From Alphaproteobacteria bacterium (GTDB lineage: Bacteria > Pseudomonadota > Alphaproteobacteria > UBA9219): 64,000 nucleotides of DNA. The position numbers and the translations under genes were made by a program. Positions 1 through 9,931 of the stretch are shown here, piece after piece. Location of the stretch: positions 45,219-109,218 of the forward strand of contig JAMFSS010000008.1 in the NCBI GenBank assembly GCA_026225415.1, read 5' to 3'. Within the stretch, counting starts at the first letter, position 1. Every line of letters starts with the position of its first letter. The notes below the pieces were generated by a model that saw only the letters and a list, made by a program, of their open reading frames with translations, searched no databases and had not been told where the DNA came from.

Positions 1-848
1 ATATCGCTTCGGGTGCCACAATGGGGGCAATTGAAATAGGACATATTTTCGATGATACCAAGGACGGGGATATCAACCTTCTGGAACATCGCCAACCCTT
101 TGCGCGCATCGATCAATGCGATATCCTGCGGCGTCGACACAATCACCGCGCCCGACAGAGGCGCCGATTGCGCCATTGTCAATTGCGCATCGCCGGTGCC
201 GGGGGGCAAATCAACCACCAGAATATCGCGCGCGCCCCAATCGACATCGCGGAACAATTGCGTGATCGCGCTGTGCACCATCGGGCCGCGCCAGATCATC
301 GGCATGTCTTCGGCGATCAGAAAACCCATCGACATCACGGCCATGCCGTATTTTTCATGCGGGATCAGTTTTTTGTCTTCGCGCGCCTGTGGCTTGCCGG
401 TTATACCCATCATGCGCGGAATGGAAGGGCCATAAATATCGGCATCCATCAAGCCGACCTTTAAACCCTTTTGCACGAATGCCGCCGCCAGATTAACCGA
501 TGTTGTGGATTTACCCACCCCGCCCTTGCCCGACGCAATCGCCACCACATATTTAACGTTGGGCAGTTGAATTTTTTGCGGCACATGCGGCTGGCGTTGT
601 GGCGCGGAAGATTGATGCGCCGTCATCACCACAGCGACAGACGACACATTTTCAATTTTATAAATCGCTTTTTCGACCTGCTTTTGTAAATCCTCAAAAT
701 TGGCTTTTTTGTCCGGCTCAATTTGCAGAACCACGCTGACCTTATTGCCATCGACCGTCACGCCGCCCACCATGCCGCGCGTTACGATATCCCCGCCGTT
801 CCATTTCACGGCGCGAAGCGCCTGAAGAATCTCCTCCTGTGATGCCAT
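1..848 (-). CDS. apbC: Mrp/ApbC-type Fe-S cluster carrier ATPase (C-terminus runs off the window)
   Basis: I translated the minus strand from the ATG at 846-848: MASQEEILQALRAV... It has a deviant Walker A (IASGKGGVGKST), DLPPGTGD, and a CPHCG motif encoded at bases 15-29. It is absent from the ORF track because it is open at the window edge. Confidence 0.8.
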   Translation of the reverse strand, partial: MASQEEILQALRAVKWNGGDIVTRGMVGGVTVDGNKVSVVLQIEPDKKANFEDLQKQVEKAIYKIENVSSVAVVMTAHQSSAPQRQPHVPQKIQLPNVKYVVAIASGKGGVGKSTTSVNLAAAFVQKGLKVGLMDADIYGPSIPRMMGITGKPQAREDKKLIPHEKYGMAVMSMGFLIAEDMPMIWRGPMVHSAITQLFRDVDWGARDILVVDLPPGTGDAQLTMAQSAPLSGAVIVSTPQDIALIDARKGLAMFQKVDIPVLGIIENMSYFNCPHCGTRSD

Positions 849-892
849 AGTTTTTTCCTGCCGCTTATCCGATGAATAACCGCATTATAGCA

Positions 893-2167
893 CTAGGAAA
901 GCGCGGCGCGGCGGATTAATTCAGGACGCATATTATGCCCCGCCATCGGATGTTTGGCTTCATCTTGCCGCAAAAGTTCAACAAGCTTGGCCTTGCGACG
1001 CGCGCCGGTTTCGGCAATTTTTTCGGGCGTCCAGTCATAAACGCCTTTCTTGCTGGCGGATTTCGTGCCGGTTTGTTTGCTTGCCACAAGCTGTCCCAAC
1101 CGCATGCTGATGGACGTTTGTTCTTTCAGATAACCAAGGGTACGGAAGATCGATTCAAAAATATCCAGGCCACCCAAATCGGCACTTTCCAACGGTCCCG
1201 TTTCGCGGTAACGGCGGCCAAGGCTGTGGACAAACGCATGTTCGACATCGCGCGCATTGGCGGTGCCGTTGGCAACGATTTCCAGCGCGGCGCGTAACGC
1301 CGCATTGCGTATCCATGCGGCAATAGACGTATCAGGTTTTTTTTCGGCCATCACAGCCAATAAGGTTTTTGCCTGAATATCGCTCAACTCACCATTTTCA
1401 TAACCGGCAATTTCCAATGGCCCCAGCACCTCGTAATATTGCCCCAGTTTTTCGCGGAACTGGCTGTCGATTTCCGCGGCATCATGCCCATAAACAATAT
1501 GCAGTTCCAACGCCGCCCAAATAATGGCCGACTGAATATAATTGCCGATAAAACCCGGTGTGGCCTTATGCAAGCGAACCGGTTTTTTGCCGATGCTTTC
1601 CAACAAATACATGGCTGTGTTGATGGTCGCCGGGTCCGTCGCCTGCCCCGGCGCGACTTCGACCAGCGGCATCAGATGCGGCGGATTGAACCCATGCAGC
1701 ACGATAAATTTTTTCTGTCGTTCTGCAGGAAGCACCGACGCGATTTCGGTCGGATTAAGCGCCGATGTGTTGGTTGCGAAAATCGTATGAGGCGGGCAAA
1801 TTTTATCAAGCCTCAGGAAAATATCCTGTTTATCCGCCGTTTCTTCCTTGATCGATTCCATCACGAAATCGGCGTCCGATGCCGCCTCGTGCAAATCGCC
1901 GGTGATTTTTATTCGCGTCTTGATGCCGTGAATGGATTCCGCATCGATAAGATGATGCGCAGCCATGTCTTTTAGAACAATATCGATTCCTTCCACCGCC
2001 TTATGGCGCTTGGCTTCATTTTCAAATTCGCTTAACGTTGAATCTGCGCGCACATAAAGCGCGACCTGATACCCTTCTTTGGCATAGTCAACTGCGGTGC
2101 CGATCCCCATGGTGCCTGCGCCTAACGCGCAGATTTTTTTTATGTTGGGAAAATGGTGGTCAGACAT
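893..2167 (-). CDS. 3-hydroxyacyl-CoA dehydrogenase family protein (long form with two C-terminal 3HCDH-like helical domains)
   Basis: Rossmann motif ICALGAGTMGIGTA and HGFNPPHLMPLVEV. The C-terminal helical domain appears twice (..IGNYIQSAIIWAALEL.. and ..IRNAALRAALEIVANG..GPLESADLGGLD). Confidence 0.7.
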   Translation of the reverse strand: MSDHHFPNIKKICALGAGTMGIGTAVDYAKEGYQVALYVRADSTLSEFENEAKRHKAVEGIDIVLKDMAAHHLIDAESIHGIKTRIKITGDLHEAASDADFVMESIKEETADKQDIFLRLDKICPPHTIFATNTSALNPTEIASVLPAERQKKFIVLHGFNPPHLMPLVEVAPGQATDPATINTAMYLLESIGKKPVRLHKATPGFIGNYIQSAIIWAALELHIVYGHDAAEIDSQFREKLGQYYEVLGPLEIAGYENGELSDIQAKTLLAVMAEKKPDTSIAAWIRNAALRAALEIVANGTANARDVEHAFVHSLGRRYRETGPLESADLGGLDIFESIFRTLGYLKEQTSISMRLGQLVASKQTGTKSASKKGVYDWTPEKIAETGARRKAKLVELLRQDEAKHPMAGHNMRPELIRRAALS

Positions 2168-2182
2168 GATGTTTAATCCTGT

Positions 2183-3166
2183 TTATGCAGCATGGGTCGA
2201 GGCGGTTTTTTCCGCGTCGGCGTCTTTTTCCAAATGGCGCAGCAATTCTTCGGCGCGGCGTTGCTTCATTTCTTCCAATTTTTCTTGCGGCCAATCATAA
2301 ATGCCGCCGCCGGTTTTGGCGCCCAAACGGCCTTGCGCCACCGCTTTGGCAATCAATTCGGGGATGCCGGTGTCGTTACATAAATCGGGGCCCAGATATT
2401 CAAAAATACCTTTGAAGATATCGAGGCCACCAATGTCCATGCTTTCAATCGGGCCGGTTTCGGCATAACGGCGGCCAAGGCTGTAACGCACCACTGCATC
2501 GACATCCTCCGCGCTCGCAATGCCCGATGCGACAATATGCAACGCTTCACGCAATGCGGCGGCCTGAATACGGTTGCCGACAAACCCCAAAGACTCGCGC
2601 GATAAGCGCACAGGCTTCTTGCCGATTTTTTTAATCAGATCATAAGCGGCATCAACGGTCGCGGTTGATGTTTCCTTGCCGGGCACAATTTCAACCAACG
2701 GGATTAAGTGTGCCGGATTCCAGAAATGCGTCACGACAAACTTATCTTTGCGCGTGATGGATTCCGCAATGCGCGTTGGGCTGATACCCGATGTGTTGGT
2801 GCCAAATATCGTATGCGGCGGGCATAGTTTATCCAGCTTGGCGAACAATTCCTGTTTCGCCTGCAGATTTTCGACAATGGATTCTAAAATGAAATCCGCA
2901 CCCGCTGCCGCTTCTTCCAATGATGTCGATGTGCGCACCCGCGCCATTATCACGGGGATATCGGATGCCGCGATCAGATCATGCTGATGGTAGGTTTCCA
3001 ACGCCGCCTGCATGGTTTTTAAACCGTTGCCGAGGCTGGTTTCGGAAATATCGTAAAGACACACGCTGTAGCCCGCCATGGCAAAGCTGAGCGCCGAGGT
3101 CGATCCCATCGCGCCCGCGCCGATAGCGGTGATGTTGGTGATTTGTTGCGCAGTCATACGTCGCAT
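2183..3166 (-). CDS. 3-hydroxyacyl-CoA dehydrogenase family protein (carnitine dehydrogenase / lambda-crystallin-like)
   Basis: ITAIGAGAMGS Rossmann motif, HFWNPAHLIPLVEIVPG, GFVGNRIQ, GPIESMDIGGLD. It is a paralogue of the downstream gene. Confidence 0.7.
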   Translation of the reverse strand: MRRMTAQQITNITAIGAGAMGSTSALSFAMAGYSVCLYDISETSLGNGLKTMQAALETYHQHDLIAASDIPVIMARVRTSTSLEEAAAGADFILESIVENLQAKQELFAKLDKLCPPHTIFGTNTSGISPTRIAESITRKDKFVVTHFWNPAHLIPLVEIVPGKETSTATVDAAYDLIKKIGKKPVRLSRESLGFVGNRIQAAALREALHIVASGIASAEDVDAVVRYSLGRRYAETGPIESMDIGGLDIFKGIFEYLGPDLCNDTGIPELIAKAVAQGRLGAKTGGGIYDWPQEKLEEMKQRRAEELLRHLEKDADAEKTASTHAA

Positions 3167-3279
3167 CCCTTCGTAAAAGATGCGTCATATAATCAGAGTC
3201 GTTAATTGTTGCGCAAGGTAAAAGCCCCGATTTTACAGGAATTCGGTGCTGCAGCGCAGCATTGTGCAATGCGGGATGA

Positions 3280-4539
3280 TTAAGCGGATTTGAAAATCAA
3301 ACAAGCGTTTGTGCCACCGAAGCCGAAAGAGTTCGACAGCGCAACATTGATTTTCTTTTCCTTGGCGACAAGCGGCACAAGGTCGATACCCTCCACCCCT
3401 TCGGATGGATTTTCCAAATTTAAAGTCGGCGGGATAATGCCATCGGTCACGGCCTTGATCGAGAAAATCGCCTCGATGGCTCCCGCCGCGCCAAGCAAAT
3501 GACCGGTCGATGATTTGGTCGACGACATCATCACTTTTGATGCGTGGTCGCCCAACAAACGGCGCACAGCCTTGACTTCGATTTCGTCGCCCATAGGGGT
3601 CGATGTGCCATGCGCGTTGACATAGTCGATCTGATCAACATTAAAGCCGGAACGTTTCAACGCCATCTGCATCGCGCGGTAACCGCCGTTGCCGTCTTCG
3701 GCAGGCGATGTCATGTGGTGCGCGTCGCCCGACAAGCCATAGCCAGCCAGTTCGGCGTAAATTTTCGCGCCGCGCTTCTTGGCGTGTTCATATTCTTCCA
3801 AAATCACCACGCCCGCACCTTCACCCATTACGAAACCATCGCGGTCTTTGTCATAGGGGCGCGAGGCGCGTGTCGGCGTATCGTTGAAATTGGTCGACAT
3901 CGCCCGTAGCGCACAGAACCCGGCGATACCCACGCGGCAAATCGCCGCCTCTGCCCCACCGGCAACCATAACATCGGCATCGCCCAGCGCGATCAATCGC
4001 GCCGCGTCGCCAATCGCATGCGCGCCTGTGGCACAAGCCGTAACCACCGAGTGATTAGGCCCGCGATAGCCATGCATGATGGAAACCTGGCCGGATGCCA
4101 GATTGATAAGGCTGCGCGGGATAAAGAAAGGCGAAACACGTTTCGGCCCGCGTTCATGCAAAACGATCGATGTTTCGTAGATTTCGTTCAAACCGCCGAT
4201 GCCGGAGCCGATCATGACGCCGACGCGGTCTTGTTCTTCTTCCGTTTGCGGCACATAACCGCCGTCTTTAATCGCTTCTTCGGCGGCGGCAATCGCGTAA
4301 TGGATAAAAGTATCCATCTTCTTTTGTTCTTTGGGCTCGACGTAATTATCGAGATTATATTCGCCCACGCCGTTGCCGCGCGGGATTTGCCCCGCAACCT
4401 GGCATGTCATATCCGAAGGATCGAAATGCGTGATGCGCCCAAGGCCGCTGGCGCCCGATGTCAACTTTTTCCAGTTCACATCAAGCCCAACGCCCAAAGG
4501 CGATACAATCCCCATGCCAGTTACAACGACACGGCGCAT
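3280..4539 (-). CDS. fabF: beta-ketoacyl-ACP synthase II
   Basis: 419 aa. Active-site Cys context VVTACATGAHAIGDA, NAHGTSTPMGD, GHLLGAAG, SNSFGFGGTN. Lies directly downstream of acpP. Confidence 0.92.
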   Translation of the reverse strand: MRRVVVTGMGIVSPLGVGLDVNWKKLTSGASGLGRITHFDPSDMTCQVAGQIPRGNGVGEYNLDNYVEPKEQKKMDTFIHYAIAAAEEAIKDGGYVPQTEEEQDRVGVMIGSGIGGLNEIYETSIVLHERGPKRVSPFFIPRSLINLASGQVSIMHGYRGPNHSVVTACATGAHAIGDAARLIALGDADVMVAGGAEAAICRVGIAGFCALRAMSTNFNDTPTRASRPYDKDRDGFVMGEGAGVVILEEYEHAKKRGAKIYAELAGYGLSGDAHHMTSPAEDGNGGYRAMQMALKRSGFNVDQIDYVNAHGTSTPMGDEIEVKAVRRLLGDHASKVMMSSTKSSTGHLLGAAGAIEAIFSIKAVTDGIIPPTLNLENPSEGVEGIDLVPLVAKEKKINVALSNSFGFGGTNACLIFKSA

Positions 4540-4569
4540 TTCATCACTCCATAATGAGAGAACTAAGAA

Positions 4570-4812
4570 TTAGGCAGCAGCCTTTTTCGAGCTGATGAAA
4601 TCGATCGCATCCTTGACGGTGGCGATTTTTTCAGCCGCGTCATCAGGGATTTCAACGCTGAATTCTTCTTCAAAGGCCATGACGAGTTCGACCGTATCAA
4701 GGCTGTCTGCGCCCAGATCGTCGATAAAGCTCGCATTGTCAGTGACCTTGGCAGCATCGACGCCCAAATGTTCGACGACGATCTTCTTCACACGTTCTGC
4801 GATATCGCTCAT
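4570..4812 (-). CDS. acpP: acyl carrier protein
   Basis: 80 aa with the phosphopantetheine site [19 protein letters not shown]. Confidence 0.92.
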   Translation of the reverse strand: MSDIAERVKKIVVEHLGVDAAKVTDNASFIDDLGADSLDTVELVMAFEEEFSVEIPDDAAEKIATVKDAIDFISSKKAAA

Positions 4813-5018
4813 AATCTCATAATCCTTTGTTGTTTACGCCGTGACTTACGACAGGGTGCGGGGCGAGGGAATCAACCACCGCATTCGATTGTTCTCTCTA
4901 TTCTGTCGCAATCTTAATGTCCATACCGGAAAAAGGCTTTCTGCCTTAATTTTAGACAAGCATTTGAAAACAATCATTTTTTTATAAGAGGTTTGACGCG
5001 ACTAAAAACCATCTTTCT

Positions 5019-5428
5019 TTGAAAACCGGCGGTTTTCATGATAGCGATAGGTGTTTCCCACAGCATATTCAGGCTTGGCTCATGTCTTGTAAGCTCCCCA
5101 CCCTTGAAAAAGGCGCTTTGTTTATCATACTTGTCGCGATGCTGGGTTATTTTATCGATATTTTCGACCTGTTGTTGTTCAGCGTCGTGCGCGTGCCAAT
5201 GCCGCGGGCGGCGCGTTAAACCAATATCTGCGCAGCCGTCGCCAAGCGGTTGTGATTTTCACATGCATCCTGGTGGCCGCTTGCGCAGTGCATTTGCTTG
5301 TGCGCCCCACAGGGGCAATGCCCTATTACGCATCCTGCCTGTTGATGGGTGTGACGGTTATTCTGTCGATGGTTGGGTTAGGAAGCCTTAAAGAAAGCTT
5401 CCCTCAGGATTTAAATTATATCGAATAA
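5019..5428 (+). pseudogene. Remnant of an MFS transporter gene: N-terminal and C-terminal pieces in different frames, with the middle deleted
   Basis: Frame of 5019 gives ..LEKGALFIILVAMLGYFIDIFDLLLFSVVRV.., an MFS TM1-type N-terminus, then a stop at 5217-5219. The frame beginning at 5219 gives NQYLRSRRQAVVIFTCILVAACAVHLLVRPTGAMPYYASCLLMGVTVILSMVGLGSLKESFPQDLNYIE*, which reads like the last TM helices and tail of an MFS protein. Confidence 0.4.
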
Positions 5429-5437
5429 CGTTCCTTT

Positions 5438-7228
5438 TTGCCTTATAAGACCGTCATGTCCGAACTGCATACAATACCATCTTCCAAACACACGCAATCG
5501 CTGCGGCAACTGTGGTTGTTTTTGAAACCCTACCGCTTGGTTATGGTGGGCGCGGGTATTGCGTTGACCGTTGCCGGTTCGGCCTTTCTGGTTATCCCCG
5601 CCATTTTCCGTTATGTGATCGACAAGGGGTTGGCAGCCGGAAATCCGCAAATTCTCGACCGCACTTTGATTGTCATGTTAGGGGCTTCGGTTGTGTTGGC
5701 AATTGCGACTTATGGTCGTTACACGCTTGTGACGGCTTTAGGCGAATATGTGGTGGGCGATTTGCGCCGCGCGGTGTACACGCATATTTTAAAACTAAGT
5801 CCCGCGTTTTTCGAAGTGACGCGCAGCGGCGATATTTTGTCGCGCCTGTCATCGGATGCCAGCGTTTTGCAGGCCGTTATCGGATCGTCTGTTTCCGTTG
5901 CCTTGCGCAATTGTGTTTTGCTTGTTGGCGGCATTGTCATGATGTTGCTGACCAGTTGGAAACTGACGGCAATGGTGTTATGCGTTATTCCCCTCGTGAT
6001 CGTGCCGATTATTTTGATAGGCCGCAAAGTAAAACGCCTGTCGAAACAAAGCCAGGAACGCGTCGCCGATGTCAGCGCCAGCACCGAAGAAACCATTTAC
6101 GGTATCCGCACGGTGCAGGCGTTCACGCATGAAGAACTATCGCGCAATGCCTTTAACGCCCATATTGATATGTCGATACAGGCGGCCAAGAATTATATCC
6201 GCGTGCGCGGTTTTCTGGTCGCCTTGATTATCTTTATGGTTCTTACCGCCATCTGTCTTATTCTGTGGGTTGGCGGCAAAGATCTGGTGGCGGGCAAAAT
6301 CACCAGCGGCGATCTAACTGCATTCATCATGTATGCGATTATCGCGGCGACCGCGACTGGCTCCATCAGCGAAGCCAGCGGCGATTTGCAACGCGCGATG
6401 GGCGCGGCGGAACGGATATTTGATTTGCTTGCAGTTGAGCCGACGATTGCGGCACCGGCGGTGCCGGTTGCACTGCCCGCCGCCAAAGGCGAGCTGGTTT
6501 TCGATCACGTTACATTCACCTATCCCGCGCGGCCAGACAGCGCGGCTTTGCATGACATTTCATTCGCCATCAAACAGGGTGAACGTGTGGCGATTGTCGG
6601 ACCCAGCGGCGCCGGCAAAACGACCTTGTTCCAACTGGCCTTGCGTTTTTATGATGCCCAAGCGGGCCGCGTGTCATTGGACGGCATTGACGTCAAACAA
6701 GCCGACCCGCGCGATATCCGCAACCGCATTGCGATTGTGCCGCAAGACCCGGTTATTTTTTCGACCGATGCGTGGGGCAATATCGGTTACGGCAATCCCG
6801 ATGCAACACACGCGCAAATCCGCGAAGCGGCGCGCGCGGCGCATGCCGATGAATTTCTGACCACCCTGCCCGACGGATACGAAACTTTTCTGGGCGAAAA
6901 AGGCGTACGTTTATCGGGCGGCCAAAAGCAACGCATCGTTATCGCCCGCGCCATTTTGCGCGACGCGCCATTGCTGTTGCTGGATGAAGCGACATCGGCA
7001 CTGGATGCCGAAAGCGAACGTTTGATTCAGGAAGCGTTGGATAAATTGATGCAGCAACGCACCACTTTGATTATCGCGCATCGGCTGTCTACGGTTGTGA
7101 ATGCCGACCGCATATTAGTGATGGAAGATGGCCGTGTCGTTGCGTCCGGCACCCACAGCGAATTAATTGCGCAGGGCGGCACCTATGCGCGGTTGGCGGC
7201 TTTGCAGTTTGGGTTGAAGCAGGATTAA
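5438..7228 (+). CDS. ABC exporter, fused permease/ATPase (ABCB/MsbA-like half transporter)
   Basis: 596 aa. Six-TM N-terminal domain, Walker A GPSGAGKTT, signature LSGGQKQR, Walker B LLLLDEATSALD. The track start is TTG at 5438; the first ATG in frame is at 5456. Confidence 0.85.
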   Translation: MPYKTVMSELHTIPSSKHTQSLRQLWLFLKPYRLVMVGAGIALTVAGSAFLVIPAIFRYVIDKGLAAGNPQILDRTLIVMLGASVVLAIATYGRYTLVTALGEYVVGDLRRAVYTHILKLSPAFFEVTRSGDILSRLSSDASVLQAVIGSSVSVALRNCVLLVGGIVMMLLTSWKLTAMVLCVIPLVIVPIILIGRKVKRLSKQSQERVADVSASTEETIYGIRTVQAFTHEELSRNAFNAHIDMSIQAAKNYIRVRGFLVALIIFMVLTAICLILWVGGKDLVAGKITSGDLTAFIMYAIIAATATGSISEASGDLQRAMGAAERIFDLLAVEPTIAAPAVPVALPAAKGELVFDHVTFTYPARPDSAALHDISFAIKQGERVAIVGPSGAGKTTLFQLALRFYDAQAGRVSLDGIDVKQADPRDIRNRIAIVPQDPVIFSTDAWGNIGYGNPDATHAQIREAARAAHADEFLTTLPDGYETFLGEKGVRLSGGQKQRIVIARAILRDAPLLLLDEATSALDAESERLIQEALDKLMQQRTTLIIAHRLSTVVNADRILVMEDGRVVASGTHSELIAQGGTYARLAALQFGLKQD

Positions 7229-8055
7229 ATTCCGAATTCTTTCCGAAAATAATCACGCGCGTATGCTTCCGCATCACGCACGCCTTCCGGCACAAAAACT
7301 TCCTTGGTATTTTTTAAAATATAAGGCGGGTTGAATTTGCCATATTGCAAAATGGGATTGATGATTTCGGGCGCCGACAGATACCCCTTGGCGCGCAGAA
7401 ACTGGTCTTCGGGCAACATGAAATAATCATAGATATAGGTGATATCATTTTCGCGCTTCACACTGCCATGGCCGATAATAACATGGGGCGGCAGATACGA
7501 AAGCCGCGCCGTACGGATGGAACGCGGCACAGAAGCCGCCATATATTTTTTGCCCCCCACAGGTGATGTGAAGGTTGAACGGTACGCCCTGCCCCGTTTT
7601 GCCGGTTCAACCCTCGGTTCCGGCTTCGGTTGCCCGCCACGTTCCAGCGCAGTTGTTTCCCGCGCCTGTTGTGCCATCTCGGTTTGTTCTTCGGCGCTTT
7701 TTTTATAAAATATTTTGGCCTGCTGGTGGATTTTTTCGACGAGCCCATAATTATTATTGATGTCCTTAAGCACGTCTTCGCTTTGTTTATCACCGGCATT
7801 GCGGTCGGGATGCAGTTCCATCGCTTTGCGGCGATAGGCTTTGCGGATATCGGCAAAGGGAATATTGATCCCTCCCAGTTTTTCCCGCGCCGCGAAAAAT
7901 TCCACAAAGCGTCGCACATGATCGACCCGCGCCTTGGTCGAAAAACGATACGCCTCTGCCCGCGCCAAAACCGCCTGTATCTCGGCAAGCGTTGCCCCAG
8001 CCTTAATCCCAAGCTGTAGATAGGCATAGGTTATGTCATTGGCATCGCCACCCAT
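7225..8055 (-). CDS. J-domain (DnaJ-like) protein with uncharacterised N- and C-terminal regions
   Basis: 276 aa. J-domain core IRKAYRRKAMELHPDRNAGD with the HPD tripeptide. No Gly/Phe region or zinc finger. The C-terminal ~110 aa have no motif I recognise. Confidence 0.7.
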   Translation of the reverse strand: MGGDANDITYAYLQLGIKAGATLAEIQAVLARAEAYRFSTKARVDHVRRFVEFFAAREKLGGINIPFADIRKAYRRKAMELHPDRNAGDKQSEDVLKDINNNYGLVEKIHQQAKIFYKKSAEEQTEMAQQARETTALERGGQPKPEPRVEPAKRGRAYRSTFTSPVGGKKYMAASVPRSIRTARLSYLPPHVIIGHGSVKRENDITYIYDYFMLPEDQFLRAKGYLSAPEIINPILQYGKFNPPYILKNTKEVFVPEGVRDAEAYARDYFRKEFGI

Positions 8056-8061
8056 AGGAAC

Positions 8062-9852
8062 TTACTCCACGATAAACCCACCCGATTGTAACCGGAAAAA
8101 TCCGGCATAAATACCGTCCTTTTTCAACAGTTCCGCATGCGTACCCTGTTCCGCAATGCCGCCCTTATCAAACACCACAATACGGTCGGCGTCCAATATG
8201 GTCGACAACCGGTGCGCGATCATAATCGATGTGCGCCCGTGGGTAAGGGCGCGCAGGGCTTCCTGTATCGCCCGTTCACTCCCGGAGTCGAGCGAACTGG
8301 TCGCTTCATCCAAAATCAAAATCGGGCGGTTGGCCAGAATGGCGCGGGCAATCGCCATACGTTGGCGTTCGCCGCCCGACAGTTTGACACCGCGTTCGCC
8401 CACAAGCGTTTCATATTGTTGCGGCAGCCCCATGATAAAATCATCGATATGCGCCTGTTGCGCCGCGCGGCGCACATCGTCAAAGCTCGCCTGCGGGCGG
8501 CCATAGGCGATGTTGTCAGTAAGCGAACGATGAAACAAAATCGGGTCTTGCGGCACGCTGGCTATCATGCCGCGCAATGATTGTTGCGTGACATCGGCGA
8601 TATTTTGTCCGTCGATAATGATCGCGCCCTTTTGAATATCGTACAGACGTTGCACCAAACGCACAAAGCTGGTTTTACCGCTGCCCGAATGGCCGACCAG
8701 CGCGATACGTTCGCCCGCCTTGATCGACAGAGACAGATCATGGAACACCGGCATTTGTTTACCGGGATAGGTAAAAGAAACATGCGCAAAATCGATCGCG
8801 CCCCCTTGCAGTGCCAGCGGCAAGGCGTGATCGCGGTCTTTCACGCCCGGCATTTCACGCAGCAACCGAACGATGGCATGCAGTTCGTAAGAGGATGTCA
8901 GGATGTTTTTGATCATATCGCCGATATCACGGACATAGGATTGGATGATGGTGTAGGCCAACGACAGATAGGCGATATCCTCGATCGAGCTGCGCCCTTG
9001 CAGAAAATACCAGGTGCCACCGCCCAGCAATAGCGCCAGCATGCCGCTGAGCAACAGATCCTGCACAAGGCTGGTGAAATTGGTCAGGCGATAGGCGCGC
9101 AGATTTTTAACGCGCAGATTTTCGGTGATGCCGAAATAGCGTTTGGTTTCCCGTTCTTCCTGCGCATAGGCTTTGGTGGTCGCAATGCTGGCGATAGAGT
9201 CGGCCAGATTGGCGGTATTATAATCCTGCGCATCGGCATAGGCGGATTGGCTGGGTCCCACAACTTTCATCACCAGCAACGCACTGACAAACAACAAGAC
9301 GACCAGATAAACCACGACCATCGCCGCCAACATGGGAAAGCGTAACGACAGAAAGAATATGCTGCCGACCATAATGACCGTGACCGATGTGACCTTCAGG
9401 ATAATCTGATCCTGAAAACTTTCCAGACGGTTACGCGCGCGGGTGATGCGCGAAATGATGCTGCCGGTAAAATTATTGACGAAAAACCGTTCCGACAAAG
9501 TGTGGACATGCGCGAACGCATCATCGAGCAGTTGTTTAAAAATCTGCGTTTCAAAACGGTTATAAAAGAATGAAACATTGCCACGGCGTAACGCCACCTG
9601 CACCAGATAATTGGCGAGGAAGAACCCCAGATAAAGATAAACCACCGGCGCATCGGCATGAATGCGTATTTTGCCAAGAAAAGCCGACAGCGCATTCGGC
9701 AAATTGGTTTCGACGAACGCCGCCGCCGTGATGAAAAACAAAATGCACGCGAAACGGCGCGGTTGCCGGAGCCAATAGCCGCCGACGAAAGACAGCACAT
9801 CGCGGAATGTCGGTTCGGGTTGGGGTTTGGAAATTGTTGCGTGGTTTTTCAT
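8062..9852 (-). CDS. ABC exporter, fused permease/ATPase
   Basis: 596 aa. Walker A GHSGSGKTS, signature LSGGERQR, Walker B ILILDEATSSLD. It ends 6 nt before the J-domain gene start. Confidence 0.85.
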   Translation of the reverse strand: MKNHATISKPQPEPTFRDVLSFVGGYWLRQPRRFACILFFITAAAFVETNLPNALSAFLGKIRIHADAPVVYLYLGFFLANYLVQVALRRGNVSFFYNRFETQIFKQLLDDAFAHVHTLSERFFVNNFTGSIISRITRARNRLESFQDQIILKVTSVTVIMVGSIFFLSLRFPMLAAMVVVYLVVLLFVSALLVMKVVGPSQSAYADAQDYNTANLADSIASIATTKAYAQEERETKRYFGITENLRVKNLRAYRLTNFTSLVQDLLLSGMLALLLGGGTWYFLQGRSSIEDIAYLSLAYTIIQSYVRDIGDMIKNILTSSYELHAIVRLLREMPGVKDRDHALPLALQGGAIDFAHVSFTYPGKQMPVFHDLSLSIKAGERIALVGHSGSGKTSFVRLVQRLYDIQKGAIIIDGQNIADVTQQSLRGMIASVPQDPILFHRSLTDNIAYGRPQASFDDVRRAAQQAHIDDFIMGLPQQYETLVGERGVKLSGGERQRMAIARAILANRPILILDEATSSLDSGSERAIQEALRALTHGRTSIMIAHRLSTILDADRIVVFDKGGIAEQGTHAELLKKDGIYAGFFRLQSGGFIVE

Positions 9853-9931
9853 CGATACTCTTTAGATCCGGCTTTTATCGATTGTATCAAAAACTGCATA
9901 AGGTTTGGAGTTGTTTTTGAAGGGTGGGAAT

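Noticed and set aside
5038-5391. 117-aa Cys/Arg/Ser-rich ORF
   Set aside because: It is an alternative frame across the MFS gene remnant. The MFS-like frames give much more protein-like sequence.
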